Assembly: GCA_013265495.1 (NCBI GenBank)
Contig: MU058065.1
Coordinates: 7,502,302-7,566,301 of the forward strand
Length of the DNA: 64,000 nucleotides
Direction of reading: 5' to 3'
Source: Vicugna vicugna
Taxonomy: Eukaryota
The translations under genes were made by a program, and so were the position numbers. The notes below the pieces were generated by a model. That model saw nothing but the letters and a program-made list of their open reading frames with translations, ran no database searches and was not told the DNA's origin. Each line of letters begins with the position of its first letter. Position 1 is the first letter of the stretch. Positions 1-13,599 of this stretch are shown in pieces.

Positions 1-984
1 TTGGCCTCCCTGTCTCTACTCTACAATGCTTCTTCCTCTAGCCAGGGTATGGCAGAGTGGATTCTGTCCAAAAAGGAGAAAACAGAGCCCCCAAATGAAA
101 CAGGTCTCCATTCAGGGAAATGAAATGCTTTTTAAAATTCTCTGCATAGCCCTATTCAGAAACTCCCCAAGAGGCCAGCTGATTCTCACCCTTGTGGAAA
201 CCATCACTATGAAGGTTTAATATACATTCTAAAAAAAAAAAAAAAACCCTCCCATTTCCAAATTGTACAGTTTATCTTGTAGGAGGAATTTTGTTTTCTT
301 TTCATGCTGGACCTAAATTTGGCATGCTATGGAAGTTTTATTGCAAAGCATTACCTGAGAGCTCAGCCAAAGATCCCAATTCAAGAATGGCAGCTGGGAA
401 AAGTTGAATGAATGGGCTATTTTTTTTTTCTTTCTTTCCTTCCCTTAACTCCACATGTTTCTCAATTACTGGCTCATAAATGTAATTAAATAAATATTTT
501 TAAATACAGAAGATGGAGAATGTGAGAACCTGATAAATATGAAACAAGCTTCTAAATCTATGGACATGGCATCTGTGGGCCTATGTTATATGTGTAAGGA
601 GAAAGGTATTGCAAAGCCTTCATAGTGAAGAGGAGGAGCTAGGATTTTTCTGGAAGAGAAGAAAGATTGGTGTCCAAATGTGGATGCAGAGAAACCATGG
701 GAATATGGATACCCCTAGGAGATAATGCTCCAAATGTAAGCTTGGAAGTGTGTTTATGAGAATGAGGTTATTTCTACAATCTATTTGTTGGATTAACTTC
801 AGGAGGAGGGGAATAAGAAAACATGCATTGCATATTTATTTGGTATTTTCTAGAGACATGCGTTGGCTCCAGCAGCGGTGCAAGGGCACTTGAACTTATT
901 CTGAAGATGCCCAAGACAAGGCTTCAGGGGAAAGTTCCCAGGAGAGGAAATAAGGATAATGCTTTAAACTGATGCTAAAGAAAG

Positions 985-1830
985 AACGAGCTCAAGTATT
1001 CTGTGACTGTATGTCCTCAGGCCAAACAGTGAAAGAAGTCTAAACACCTACTGTGCTATAGACTAAGACTTGCTTGTCGCAGGCATGGGATAGCAATTTT
1101 GAAACTCTTCCATGTGAATCCTAGTGATGAACAAATAAGTAAATATGTTGTAGATAAAGGGAGCCAGTGTTCTCATCTGCAGGAAAGGTAGTCATAAGCA
1201 TGGTAAGGAGAAAAAGATACAACAAATTCAGTGGTGTTGGATTAGAATTGAAAATTTCAGTCTGAACTTATGGCATTTATTACATAGAGAGAAAGAGAGA
1301 CCAACAGATGTGGATATAAATATAGAGATTTTATGGTGGTGTAGACGTGTGTGTGCGTGTGCAGGAACATACATCTTATTTCCTAGCTCTGTCCTCTTAA
1401 GGGGCTTATATCAGTGAACCCCAGTAGCAACGAGCACATCTGGCTTCCAGATCTTGGTTTCTAAGTACAATTCTCTAATAAAAGGAATTAGAGATCTTTG
1501 ATGAAATGGTGATTCCATGACTAGAAGGAAAGTAGAAGAAGAACCTAGAATATCTTTTTCCCTCATAAAGTAAGAAGGTGCCCAAAGAATGATGAAGAAA
1601 TGTTGAAAGGGTGCAGAGGCCAGCTTGTAGGGGTTTCCACTGGGAAGCTCTGGGACAGTCTGAACATCAAAATAGATTATAATAGTAAAGCATTATAGCT
1701 TATTGAATAAAACAGGAGTCCACTGGCTTAACTAAATGAGCAGAAGGGAAAGCTCTTTCTTATATTAGAAAGTCAACTAACAAATCTAGAAAGCAGGATA
1801 AAATTAGAAAATCGCCATTTGGCAGTCAGA
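985..1830 (+). mobile_element. Old LINE-1 3' UTR fragment (L1MC3/L1MC4-like)
   Basis: Blocks such as 'gaacaaataagtaaatatgttgtagataaagggagccag', 'cctagctctgtcc...ccccagtagcaacgagcacatc' and 'cagatcttggtttctaagtacaattctctaataaaaggaa' match the recalled L1MC 3' UTR. Confidence 0.8.
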
Positions 1831-2194
1831 ATGGGGTGCATGTCTCTAGACAATAAGACTTTGAACTCACTTGTAGGTCCTCACTGGGTGTGGTAACTGA
1901 CCTTTGAGAAGCAAAGTATCTGGATTTTGTAGTACTGATTATACAAACCTAGACAGAGATGTGTCTCACTATTTAGTAAGATTGTGTTAAGAGCCTACCA
2001 CTTAAGATGATGTGTTTGGGTGTGGAACATGGTCCCTCCATTGCCAGGGACCCTGGTGATTTCACCCCATGTTTAGACTGATATCTAAAGTTGAAGACAA
2101 GCAGAAAAGGGCCTCTAGACCTTGGGCAAGGCCACTGGGTTGGAAGGACACTGCTCCAGACACAGGGAGCAAAGCACATCTTTGTGTCTCTTAC

Positions 2195-2270
2195 AGAGCT
2201 TTGAGTGGTACAGTGCACATGAAAGGACTTAATAAATGTTTGCTGAATAAATGAACAAATGAATGGCTAA
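2195..2270 (+). mobile_element. L2 3' tail fragment
   Basis: 'ggacttaataaatgtttgctgaataaatgaacaaatgaat' is the typical L2 terminus. Confidence 0.7.
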
Positions 2271-3799
2271 ATTTGGGGATAAGTCTTAAATTAATCATCA
2301 GGGAAACTTAGAAAGGAATATATACCTGTTTCAAGAAGATTGTAGTCTAATTGTACTCTAAGAGTAAAATTTATGCTTTTGGAGCCTGAAGACATTTACA
2401 AGTCTTTGTATCCCCCTGTTTCTCAATTATAACTTCCTTTGCATTTATGTATGGCAGAGAGCGTGCTCTATGAAATACAACCTATGTAAATGCTTCCTGA
2501 ATTTGAACATTATGTTGCTTTGTGATTCCCTCCATTTGAGATTCCAAATGATCCCAAGGGAATTTGCTGGGGGCCTTGGATAACTGAGGACCCAAGGAGA
2601 CAAGGCACACACACACACAGCATATACAAGTACACGGTCGCCAACAACATAAATAGACACCTAACTAGAAACTGCTGTGCAGAGCTATTTGGTAAAAGTC
2701 TGAGTAGCTGGAACCAGCAGGATTGAGTTGGGATGGAGTTCAAACTTCCCCCATGAGGCCTTCCTAAGGCTTTGCAGGAGGGCAAGAGCAGGGTCTGGGG
2801 AGTGGAGAAACGGAATGGCTCATCCTGTCCTCAGCGTCTCAGTCCCTGCTGACTCCCCACTTCTGCTCACCCTTGCAAGATTGCATGCTTTTATTTATGT
2901 AACATTCAGGCAGAAAGCAGACTGGAGTATTCTGGGGATATTAACCAAGAAGAAATACAAGTCAGATTTGACCAAAGGAAAAAGAAGCCTCGGACATCTG
3001 CATGGGAATAAAAAGGATATGGACTCCTTTACCTGGCCTCTTTCTCTCAGGAAAGTCAATGGATCAATGATAAAATATATAGTGCGTGGAGGATTGAGAC
3101 ACAAGACTTGAAGCACTCAACCCAGAATTTCTGGCATGAATGTGATGTTTATACTCCCTCCAAATCCCTTGTTTCCAAAGGAAATTGGTCCATTGCTAAA
3201 TAGCACCTCTTCAGTCCCCTCCAGGTTCTGAAGTGGGATAGTGGCAGAGGCATGTCTTTATTTTGAAGGTGAGATATTTTTATTTAAAATGGGTCTCTTC
3301 TGAGGAACAATATACAAGTAGAATCACAGAATTCTAGAACTAGAAGGATCTTAGAAACAATAGAGTCTAAGTTTTTATTCAGAGGAGAAAACAGAAACAC
3401 GGAAGGTGGAGGGAATTCTCCCAGTGCCCTAGAAAGACTAAGCAGAATCAGTAGGGCAACTAAGGACTAAAAACTCCAATTTCAACTCTAAAAAGATTAG
3501 GCGGTACACACCACCATCCCACCATCTACACAACTGAGTCTTTCTTTCTTGTGCCCTTCGGTTATCGTCCAAAGACATCAGCTTGATCACTCATCTTAGT
3601 TATCTGGTACATTTGAGCCAAATCCAATTCCTGTTTGGTGATCACAGGAAGCAATGCCCATTCTGCCCAATCACCTCAATGTTGTCAAGACTCGGTGGAT
3701 TTGACATGAGGGATTCCAGTGTCGTTTTGAACAATGGTGACATCGTTGGGGGAGGCACGTAATTCCCAAAGTGCATGAGCTGGGGTTGTGTGTTACGGT

Positions 3800-3975
3800 G
3801 GTTTAAATTTCGAGCTTGAACATTGACTCTGCCACTTTATAACAGGTGAAATTTGAACAAGATTCTTTACTGCCTTCCTCATGGAATTAAATGAGATAAT
3901 GTGTGGAGAGGGCTTAGTATAGTTCCTAATGCATTAAAATCAGCATCATTTGCTAAAAATGTAGTAATACTGTTT
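3800..3975 (+). mobile_element. MIR SINE
   Basis: 'ctctgccacttt...ttgaacaag...attaaatgagataatgtgtggagagggcttagtatagt' resembles the MIR core and tail. Confidence 0.6.
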
Positions 3976-4059
3976 TATCACTTATGTTTCTAGAGTAAAT
4001 CTAAGTCAATATTTTGGTAACTATTAAATGCCAATATGCCCAGGAGCTTGTCTTCTGGC

Positions 4060-4366
4060 ATCAAAGCCACAAGAAGCAACCTGGGCTAGTCTATTGGAGG
4101 ACGAGAGACATGTAGTTCCATGGGTCCCATTGCCCTGACTGGCTGCTCAGTAACTGCCAGACCATGCGACTGGGGCCATCCTCCCTCATCTTGCTGCCAG
4201 ACAACTATCATGCTCATTGCAGATGCATTAGTAAGCCCAGGAAAGATCAATGGGCTGGCCTAGGCCAGAAGAACTGCTCAGCTGACCCAGAGAATTGTGA
4301 GTTAAATAAATGGTTATTTAAGTCATTAATTTTTGAGATGGTTTGCAACCCAAACTAACTGATACA
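4060..4366 (+). mobile_element. MaLR LTR 3' part (MLT1G/H-like)
   Basis: 'gaactgctcagctgacccagagaattgtgag...aataaatggttatttaag...aactgataca' is the MLT1 3' end, finishing in CA at 4366. Confidence 0.75.
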
Positions 4367-5626
4367 GTCCTGCTATGTGATAATGCTCCAAATGAATGAG
4401 AGATTATGATAAAGAAGATGCCAAGACTCTCCATCAGTAGAATTATTTTCTCAGCAGAGCAAATGGTTTTGCATGGAGTTACCCCCACAGTCTTTCTTGG
4501 CCCCTCCTTTTCTGGTGAAGAGCGCAATTTGTGACACCAGAATGGAGACTGCTGCTTGGGTGTGGTGGGGGACCAGGACATGACCTGTCCTCATTAACAC
4601 CATACTCCTACCAGCTGAGCCAACTAGCCTGTCTCTGTCCTCCTGGAAACTTTTACCACCCACTGTCTCCCAGACTAGAGCACCCCACCCATTGGTCTTC
4701 CCTGAGAAACAAAGATGCATGTAAGCACGTAGTGGAAATGCCAGGCAGTGAAACTTGGCACACACTTGTTTCCCAGTACTCTGTGTCGGGGTTCCATGAG
4801 GGCAGAAATGCCACACTAGAGTCACAGGTGCCAGAAAGTCCTCACTCCTGGCTGAGTAGTCCTCTGAGAGTGTGTCTCTAGAAAGAGAAACTCCACTTAT
4901 TCCAGAAGATCATTCTCCCATTCCTAATCCTCTCCAGGAAACGGTTCTTACTCATGTTGTAATTTTAATCTCTTTTCTTTATTTCAATCCCAGGCCCTGT
5001 CAGGTACCAGTTTCACTAGCTTTTAATATTTCATAGAAAAATATCTGTTGATTTGAACATATCAGTCAAATTCTCTAATCTCCTTCTTTTGAGCAGCACG
5101 TAAGGGGAGAACTAACAATCGTGTCCTCAGGTCAGTTAGTTTCACATGGCTTTATTCACTGTTGCCTGTTCCACCTACTTCTGCCCTTGTTTCCTATGAG
5201 ATCCTCAGCTCTTGGGCTCTTAGAGGAAATGGGATATACCAGAGGGTGAGTTTGGCAACTGCCCAGCCCCCACCTTCTCTGCCCTCGTATGCTCATGCCG
5301 CCTTACACTTGTCTTCAACTCTTCAGTTCTAGCTGCCGTTTGATGAGCCTGCCAACTGCCTCAGGTTCCCCGCTTAGTTTTGGTTTCTGTTCACTCATCC
5401 CTCTGATTTTAGCATTCCTCCCTCAGTATGTGTAAGCCCCTGCTTTTGAATTTAGTCTTATGGAGCATCACCCCAGATCAGCTAGGCCCTTGTCCCCCAA
5501 TATGTGGCACTCTGGGGATAGTCCCTACAGTTTAGTCCTTAAATCAGTCCACCTTCTCCAAAATCAGTGTCTCTAAACTATTACTAATGTTTGAATCTCC
5601 ACCATTAGAGAATCTGCACTTTAATT

Positions 5627-5830
5627 CAGAGGCCGGAAAACTTATTTAAATTAAGGGCCAGTAATAAATATTTCAGGCTTCACATGCCACTTATGGTCTC
5701 TGTCACATATTCTCCTTTGTTTTCTTTTTTCCAACCATTTAAAAATGTAAACACTGTGCTTTGCTTGAGGGCTGTAAATAAACAGGTGTGAGCTGGGTTT
5801 GGCCTTTGGGCCACGGTTTGCCAACCCCTC
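5627..5830 (+). mobile_element. MER58C-like hAT-Charlie MITE
   Basis: Degenerate TIRs cagaggccggaaaac / gtttgccaacccctc; internal 'ttaaaaatgtaaac...gggccacggtttgcc'; 8-bp TSD ctttaatt / ctttaaat (7/8). Confidence 0.85.
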
Positions 5831-6265
5831 CTTTAAATTAAATCAACCTATTCTCAAAATACAAGCGTCCCTGGAAATTGTAACTAACATCTCTGTCTGT
5901 ATTTGATCATTCTTCTTTCTAGTTCGAACTGGAATCATGTTTTGAATATGGAAGGAGGGAGGGAGGGATTGGCTTCATGCCAATCCCGCTGTACAATGAG
6001 CAGGAAGAGCAGACATCCTGGAAGGCTTGGGCAAAGAGAAGAGAGAAAACAGTGCTGAGCCAAAGTGTTCTACTGTATTTTAGTGTTGTGGGATGATATT
6101 CAAAACACATAACAACTGGTAAGGCACGGGCACTGCCCACAGGAGAAGGACATCAAGGAGCCTTTATCAGGGACTAGAGATTCCTCTCAGACCAGGCATT
6201 TGTGCTTTCGTTCCTGGATGACAGAGAGGTCAAACTCATTGGGGGCTGGGAGGTGAGAGGGAGTG

Positions 6266-6740
6266 TGTATCGTGAAGCCTAAAATTCCATGTGCTGCCTC
6301 GACATCTTCGAGCCTCACAGGGCACCAAAGGCCTAATTGTGACGTGCTCCATACTCAGCAGGAAAGGCTCCCCACCAGGTAGTTCCTCTGTCAGCTGAAC
6401 CAACTACACTCTGCCCAGTCCTCAATCTGATGGGCTTCAGTTCCCTGCCAGTTCACAAAAGTATTCAAGCAAATCAATTGCATCCTCCCATGAGAACCAG
6501 GGGGGCAGCTCATCCTTTTGTTACTACAAAGTCTGCTCTGCACAACTCTGGTTCTTCACTCTGTTCCCAAGTACAACTCCCAAGTGGTCCTGTAAGGCAA
6601 GTGTCCTCTTCCCCTGGGATGTGAGAATATGAGACTAATAAACTACTGTCAACCTCATCTTCCCAGTGTTGGTGTTGCATGTTCAGCCATCTCTTACTAT
6701 GAGGGGGCGTGGAATCTCTCCCTCATAAGTGATCAGAACA
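6266..6740 (+). mobile_element. ERVL solo LTR (MER74/MER73-like)
   Basis: TG...CA ends; 'ttccatgtgctgcctcgacatc', 'ttgttactacaaag' and 'gactaataaactactgtc' (polyA signal); 5-bp TSD gagtg / gggtg. Confidence 0.75.
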
Positions 6741-7109
6741 GGGTGTCACTCTGGATCCTCGGGACAGTGAGTATTGACCAGTACGTAAGGAAGAATTTCA
6801 AATTTAACAACCAGTTCAGCTGTATTTGAATGGCTGGTGGGGCAGTGGTATAATTTGGAGTCCCTGATATTCCTCTTCCCCAGATTTCTTTTATGGGACA
6901 ATGCTGCTCTTCAAGTAAGGAGACTGAACTGATCCCAGTACTTCAGAGGTAGCCTGGCCAGAATGGATGAGAGGGGCTACCGTATTTTGTTCTAAAGTGC
7001 ACTGTTCTAGCCGTCTCTGCAAGGAGGAAACTGTCAAGCTCCTAACTCGTTATGACTACAATCCTTGAATCACTGGGAATGAAAGAATGTAATGTAGAAA
7101 TGGTAAGGT

Positions 7110-7220
7110 CACCATGGAATCTCAGGATTGGAAAAGAACTCACCAGTGCAGTCCCTTCATTATACAAATAAGGATATTGAGGCCCAGGGAGGGAAAGTGG
7201 TTTACACAAGGTCCCAAAGG
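7110..7220 (-). mobile_element. MIR fragment
   Basis: 'cattatacaaataaggatattgaggcccagggagggaaagtggtttacacaaggtc' is the reverse MIR core. Confidence 0.65.
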
Positions 7221-8134
7221 GGAGAAGATGCTGGAGAGAGAAACAGCAAGGAGAAAACAGGTAGGGAGAGGGCAGGTATGAAAAGGCAAGATAGGAATAT
7301 CGTTATTTGTGGTTTATGGTCATCCAAGAATGGGGAAGTGAAATCAGAGAGAGCAGACTTGTCCACTGTTTGGCTTCTAGCCCACCGAGGTATAATCGTT
7401 TCATGAAAAACAAATGGAAGTTGCAAATAAAAGGCCTTGCTATCATCGCCATGATTGGTCAAATTTTCAGATGCACTTACGTTAACTTACTTGACATTGT
7501 TGCCTACTCTGTGAGAAAGGCAGGTTACAACTCTTATTTTTATTAACACTCCAACATCTTACCTTCTGTGGCTTTCCCAAGTCACACAGCCGAGAGGTTC
7601 TGACTCTAGGTCTCCTATAAAGTTAATAACCTCTTTCAAGGAGGGCAAACTTAATCCCTACTGAATAGCTCTCACTCTTTTAGATCAGTAGGATGCTTGT
7701 TTCAGTGAAATTCAGATGCTTTTACTGAAGGGAAATGCTGGATTCCAAGTGAAGTCAGGCATCATGAGAACTCCTGATAAGACTTGAAAGAGGTGGGGTC
7801 TGGCCAGGGCTTTGCCATAATAGACTGTATGATCTTGGACATGTCATTCCTGTCACTGTAAAATAAAGTTTTGACCAGATGATGTCTGCCGTGCCATCCA
7901 TCCCTGACATCCTGGGTCAGCTAGTGAATGGACATGAGCTCACCTGGAGGCACTCACAAGAAGGATTCAGGTGGAGCTTTCTTGCTAAGGTGCATCACAA
8001 CACAGAATAGTCTCACATCCTCCCAGAAGTTGTAATGTGTAGCCAGGATGAAACATGGGGCCTTTTCCCTGCAGTCTTCCAAACAATAGAATATTTCCCA
8101 CCTTTAAAATAGGTGAAAAAATTACTTAATTTCA

Positions 8135-8266
8135 CATTTCCATTTATTGTCCCAAACCAGGACACTTCTGAGAATGAAAGTGTGGAGGTATTAATAATAT
8201 CAAGGGACACAGTCATGAGCTGTGACTGTCCCAGGGCAAACCAGGATATAAGGTTGGATCCACCTG
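8135..8266 (-). mobile_element. MER94-like hAT-Blackjack MITE
   Basis: 'atttattgtcccaaaccaggacacttctgagaatgaaag...tattaataat...gactgtcccagggcaaaccaggatata' matches the recalled MER94 reverse complement. Confidence 0.75.
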
Positions 8267-8489
8267 TAATAATTGTGATACCCTGGGGAAGAGTAAAAAT
8301 GGAGGCCCACATAACCCATCTAAATATTGAAAAGCTATACAGAAAGCTAAGAAAGTACTAAGTAAATGTGTACTTCCCTCCTGCTTTGAAGAATAAGTCT
8401 CTCTAAAGAAAACACCCATGGTCATTCCCCGGCCTCCTTTTTCCAATTAGTTGAGAAGTCCAATTGTGGATCATACTTATATTCTCTTC

Positions 8490-8508
8490 TGTGTGTGTGT
8501 GTGTGTGT
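8490..8508. repeat. (TG)n microsatellite
   Basis: Direct reading. Confidence 0.95.
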
Positions 8509-9177
8509 ATGTGGTGTGTATGGTGGGTGCAGGAGCAGGGGAATCTTTCACCCTCTATCAGAGGCTTTGATGACCACTTCCTTACTGCCCGTCTCCAATC
8601 CCACCAGCCAGGTGCCTGCAGTGGCCTCAAGCTGTTTACTTAGCCCACTTAGTCCAAGCTGGGAAAACTGTGTCTACAAGGTATCCTAACCTCACCCACC
8701 AGCTACACCAGCATAGGCCTTTCAAATTCTCCAAACAACAGTGACATTGAAAAGTCAAGTTCATTTAGAAATTTCAGAGGTCCTCAGAGGCCTTGCAACA
8801 ACATGGGGGCTTGTGGTGAGCTGGCCCTCAGCCCCAGCCCCTGGTCCCTGGATCACCTCCTTCTTGTTTCCTGCCCAGGTAACTTCTTACACCTTGCAGG
8901 CACATGTGTAGACACCCCAGCTCACAGTTCCAAGCTCTGTTCCTGTTCCTAGAAGTAGCTTCCCCTTGGCTACCCACTGAATGAGAAACATGGTCTTCCT
9001 TTGGGAAGGGAATTCTGGGGTCCCAAGTACCCAGAACATGATCTAGAAGGGAGAGTACCAGCTCTGGCATGTTCCCCTGATCTTGCAGATGCTTCATGCT
9101 CTGGGGAGAGGTTCAACCTGAGGAGGGCTACAGTGGTGCCTCTAAAGCATGCGACCCATAGCAGCACTCTTCTTATC

Positions 9178-9582
9178 TGTTATTGTGAACTAAACCACGT
9201 GCCAGATTCATTCAAAATAAGTCTGATCTCTCATCCCCAGTGTGACTGTATTTGGAGACAGGTCCCTTAAGGAGGTAATGAGGTTAAATGAGGTCATGAG
9301 GGTGGGGCCTTGATTTGATGGGACTTGTGCCCTTATAAGAAGAGGAAGAGACACCAGATCTCTCTTTGTCTCTCTCCATGCTCACAGAGGAAAGACCATC
9401 TGAGGACACAGTGAAAAATGCGGCCATTGACAAGCTAAGGAGAGAGCTTTCACCAGACCCTAACCCTGCTGGAACCTTTGTCTTGGACTTCCAACCTCCA
9501 GAACTACGAGAAAATAAGTGTCTGTTGTTTAAGTCACCTAGTCTGTGGTATTCTATTTTGACAGCCTGGGTAGACTCATACA
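9178..9582 (+). mobile_element. MaLR solo LTR (MLT1A-like)
   Basis: 'gtgactgtatttggagacaggtccc...aggttaaatgaggtcatgagggtggggcc...cttggacttccaacctccagaact...tgtttaagtcacctagtctgtggtat...gactcataca'. Confidence 0.9.
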
Positions 9583-9767
9583 CCTGGGAGTTAGTGCAGT
9601 GCTGTGCATAGTCACCCCGATCTCAGACATGCTCTCCCAAGTGGTATGAAAAGGGAGGGTTAGATTACGTTAAGTGGGGTGGGAGATAGAAGAAGGAAGT
9701 CTGATGGATCCAGAGCACAGAGCATTGCTGGGAAGATTGGGACCCATGAGGCATAATTCCTCCATTA

Positions 9768-9882
9768 TTATATTCATTTAGCAAATAAGTGTTGAATTCC
9801 CACTTGTGCCAGGCATTGTGCTAGGCAGTAAAACAAGATAGAACAGTCCCTGCTCTCAATGGACCTTCTTTCTAGTGGGATC
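9768..9882 (-). mobile_element. L2 3' end
   Basis: 'attcatttagcaaataagtgttgaa...tgtgccaggcattgtgctagg...gtccctgctctc'. Confidence 0.75.
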
Positions 9883-10629
9883 ACAGGGTGGCAGTGTCAG
9901 AATGGCCTCTTAAATCCTGAAGAGATAGATGAGCAGCAAAGCTTTCTGGCCCAGGGATCCCTCAGCCTCGCTCTCTGTATGTTCCTCATCTCAGAGGGTA
10001 ACCCAAGAGGAGGAGGGTCCTTCTGTTGCCTTGCTGAGCATCCCTCCCCTGACACCTCTAGTAATTGGAGGAGGATGGGTGTGATAAACTCTTTCAGCTT
10101 CGGAGCTCAGCTGGGCCCCAGATGTAATTCTGGGGAGCCTGCTTGGATCAGGAGGTTGCTGAGAGGTGAGCTCAAGCAGACACTCTAATTCCTGGCTCTC
10201 TGTACAAAAAGGTCAGGACAACGCAGTGACTTCAGAGTTCCAATCCCTTACTTCTCAAAAAGTCACTAGACTAGAAATTCCCTGGGCTCCCTGGCTACTT
10301 AATCCCCCCTGCAATTAGCATCAATTTTCACCAGCCTAAGAGGCATATTCTGCCAACTGGGGAAGCTGAACATGTGCTAGAGGTACCAGGAAGGCAGGAA
10401 ATAGACAGAAAATATAAATGTTCATTTCTAATGACCTTCTGCAGAATTTTGCAATCAAAATATCAAAGGAGAAAAACCCATTTTTACTTCAGTAAAACTT
10501 CTAAGTCTTATCTTTCTAAATTGAGTGTTCTTTTGAATGTCATGTTAGTTTATTTTTCATGCCTAGGGTTTCTTAGTGTCTTATTCTGACCTTAAATATC
10601 ATGGAAACAGCACAGGTCAGGGTCGTTGC

Positions 10630-10770
10630 AGAGGAAGTTCTAGAACCTGGGTGTCCTAGTTGGTTGTGTGACCTTGGTCAAGTTGTGTAATTTCTCTAGA
10701 CCTCAGTTTCTTTACGCATTAAACAGAAATTGATCTCGATGTTTAAAATCCCTTTTAGCTCTAAAAGTCA
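10630..10770 (+). mobile_element. MIR3/MIRc SINE
   Basis: 'tgtgtgaccttggtcaagttg...cctcagtttc...atcccttttagctctaaaa'. Confidence 0.75.
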
Positions 10771-13410
10771 CTGGTGCTATAACTTGACAGTAATTTATAT
10801 TTCTGTACACAAACCAACTGAGGTTTAAAAGTTATAATCAACTAATTACTGCCATCATGGCAGTAACCCTTGGAAGCCATAGTTGCCCATAGAGCAGAGA
10901 TGACTCTTTGGCATGTGCCTTTGAATGGCTGCTCCTTTGGGACATGGCACATGACTTTGTGGCTTGAAGTGGGATGGAAAATTCACTCTTCATGAGACAA
11001 AGGTCTCTTTAGGGCCTGGATGCTCAATGCAAAATGAAAACCCAGAAGGGACCACCACGTTTCAATGAAAGATGCTGATGGAAAACAGATGCTGGGCCCA
11101 CAGTTGCATGATTCCTGGGGATGCCCAGCTCCTGCCCAACTTACTGCTCTGCTCTGTCAGTAATTGGGAAAATGAAAAGGACCTTGCCTGGCCTCATTTC
11201 CAGACCCACTCTGTCCAGTCCCCAGGGGAATCCTGATCAAAGTTTGCCTGGGCAATGACCTCTTGGGGAATGTAGTAAATCCTACTCAGTAGGTAATCTT
11301 TAAGGGGCCTTAAGGCTTTGGTGCCTTGTGACTCCAAACCTGGGGTCTTAGGGATAGAAGGTTGATTTTCAGGGAATTAGCCATAACCTATCTGCAACCC
11401 CAGTGTCTCTCAGCCAACAGCTCTGCCTGGCTGGGAAAGGCGGGAGGTCCAAAGTCAATGGAAGCAACAGCAAAAGAACAGCGACTTCACAGCACTGACA
11501 TTTTGTATGTGGTTGCGAGTGAGGAATATGCCGTTTCTGCAGAGATAATCTGAGAAGGCTTCTTAGAGGAAGTGGGAGCCTGGGAGTATTTTAAAGTAGT
11601 GGGGGAGGGAAGAAGGTAGCTTGGCAAACTTGAGATTAAAGAGGAGGCTCTCCACAGGCAAAGCCAAGCTGATTAGCTGCCTGAATGCTAGAGGTTGTGA
11701 ACTCTGTGCACCCACTCAGTGGGTGGTCTATGCTATTGCACAAATTACCTGTGGACCCCCAGAAAGTTGTGGACTGTGCTGCCTGGGTTGGGCTGCTCTT
11801 ACTGCTCCCTTTAGTCTTGGGCAGGAGGCAGCCAAAGGCCTCAGCCTGACAAGGAGTCAAGGCAAGAGGTGAAGGGGAAAAAGTGGTGATGGACTTGGAG
11901 GACACTGGCAGGCAGGTCAGGTCAGGCAAATCGGTTGTTCAGAAGACTCCACTGTCCACCCATCTGCCCTTCTTCATCTTGCTCTACCCTCCACAAAGCC
12001 CTTCAGTAAGAGCCCCTCTCCCGCCAGATGTTTTGAATCTCCTTTCCTGCCCTATTTGAAGACAGCTTTTCTTTCTGCTTGAGAAGGAAGGGGAGGAAAG
12101 TGCCCCGCAGCTCTTTCCCTCCTTGACTCCCCTCTCCTTCCTCTGGGGTGGAGAAGCTCTTCATTTCCAAGCGAAAGTTGGGGTTAGATGGTTCACCCAG
12201 CCCTTTCCCAGCAGAAAGCAGGTCTCCCAAGGAAGCCAGCTCCCTTTTCCTGGTAGGAGGAATGTGGTCCTCACTGCAGTTTCCCCCACTCCTCTCCCCT
12301 ATTGGCACTCACCTCAATAACATAGCTGCAAACCCCATCCCTTCAGAGAAGCTGGGCTTTCTAGCTGTCAGTAGGGGAACAAAGGCTCTTTGCTTCAGAT
12401 CAGATGTCTTTCCCTGGAGAGAACTGTGGCCAGTTAGAGAAATTATTCACTTTTCTCTCCAAGTAGCACTGGGGCCCACTAAATTAGGGATAACCATAAT
12501 TCAACACCAGTTATTCCTGAGGGTGACAATTTAGCATCAGAAATCCCTTAAAGACTCACCAGTGGGCCAGTACAGTCATCTGCTAGCCCTGGTGATTTTG
12601 CCATTCACATTTGACATTCTGGGAATCATAAGGCAAAGTCAAGGGACCCACATAGAGCCTTGTGGAGCAGCATCCTTTCATTTCATCAGCAACCTACATT
12701 TTTCAGACCACCCAAGCCTGAGGATAAAAATAGGGTCCCAAGGGCAAATACAGAACTTCTCCAGGAAACTACCCTTGTGTTCTGTAGAAAATTTAGACTT
12801 CCTCTCAAATTTCTTCCAAGTAGTCCTGGGTTCCTGTCTCCCTTGGTATCTCATCAGTAGCCTCAGAGCATAGAGTGTTCATTACGTATTCTGCAAGCTG
12901 GTCCTTTGGGCTACTGTGTGATATCTGGTGATTTTATCTACTCCCACCATGGCTCATTTAGGGTAATGACTCATTGTTTCTGAAATACTGTCACTAATGT
13001 CTGCTGAAGATATTCAATTCCTGCCCATGTCTAATGTCAAGGTCATTAGCGTCTATGGTGGGACAACCTCACCAGTTACTACCGAAGATACTGGCATCAA
13101 TTCTGCAGATGCCCTGCATGCTAGTATCCCAGCTCTTTTGTTTTTGCTTTGCTCTTTCACTGGTTCCACACCATCACAGTGACTGGCATCAAGAAAAGAG
13201 AATCTTTCCTTTTTTCTAGAACTGGCGATACATGCCCTGGAAGCAAACACGTGTGCCCTGATACTAACCTCATTCCATGGTTCCTCGTATAAATAGATAC
13301 CTGGCAAACCCACTACATCATTCTTCCACCTGTGTCAAATTTTCTGAATCCTAGCACCTAGACTGTTTTAATTCAAGCTGAGACAGATTCAGAATTACTA
13401 TGTCTCTGAT

Positions 13411-13597
13411 AGTTAAGAGCTGGGATTTGAATCCAGGCCTCTACCACTTAGAAACTCTGAGCCTTAGTTTCCTCATCTGTAACATATAGATAATGATAAT
13501 TCCTACTAGGTTACATTAAAGGCAATGTGTGCAACTTATGTAACCTAGTACTTAGAATGTGGTCAATGAATGTTGACTATTAGAATTACTATTATTT
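13411..13597 (+). mobile_element. MIR SINE
   Basis: 'gttaagagc...tttgaatccaggc...ctgagccttagtttcctcatctgtaa...tcaatgaatgttgactatt'. Confidence 0.8.
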
Positions 13598-13599
13598 AA

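Noticed and set aside
230..246. Poly(A) run as a possible retrocopy tail
   Set aside because: No upstream polyA signal, coding similarity or TSD seen
8113..8361. 82-aa ORF that looks protein-like
   Set aside because: Overlaps a MER94 MITE and an adjacent probable hAT fragment; no homology recognised
9284..9611. ORFs of 99 and 81 aa
   Set aside because: Almost entirely within an MLT1A LTR; typical spurious MaLR translations
11709..11725. Perfect 8-bp inverted repeat CACCCACT-C-AGTGGGTG
   Set aside because: Expected by chance at this length in 64 kb and may belong to a decayed MITE
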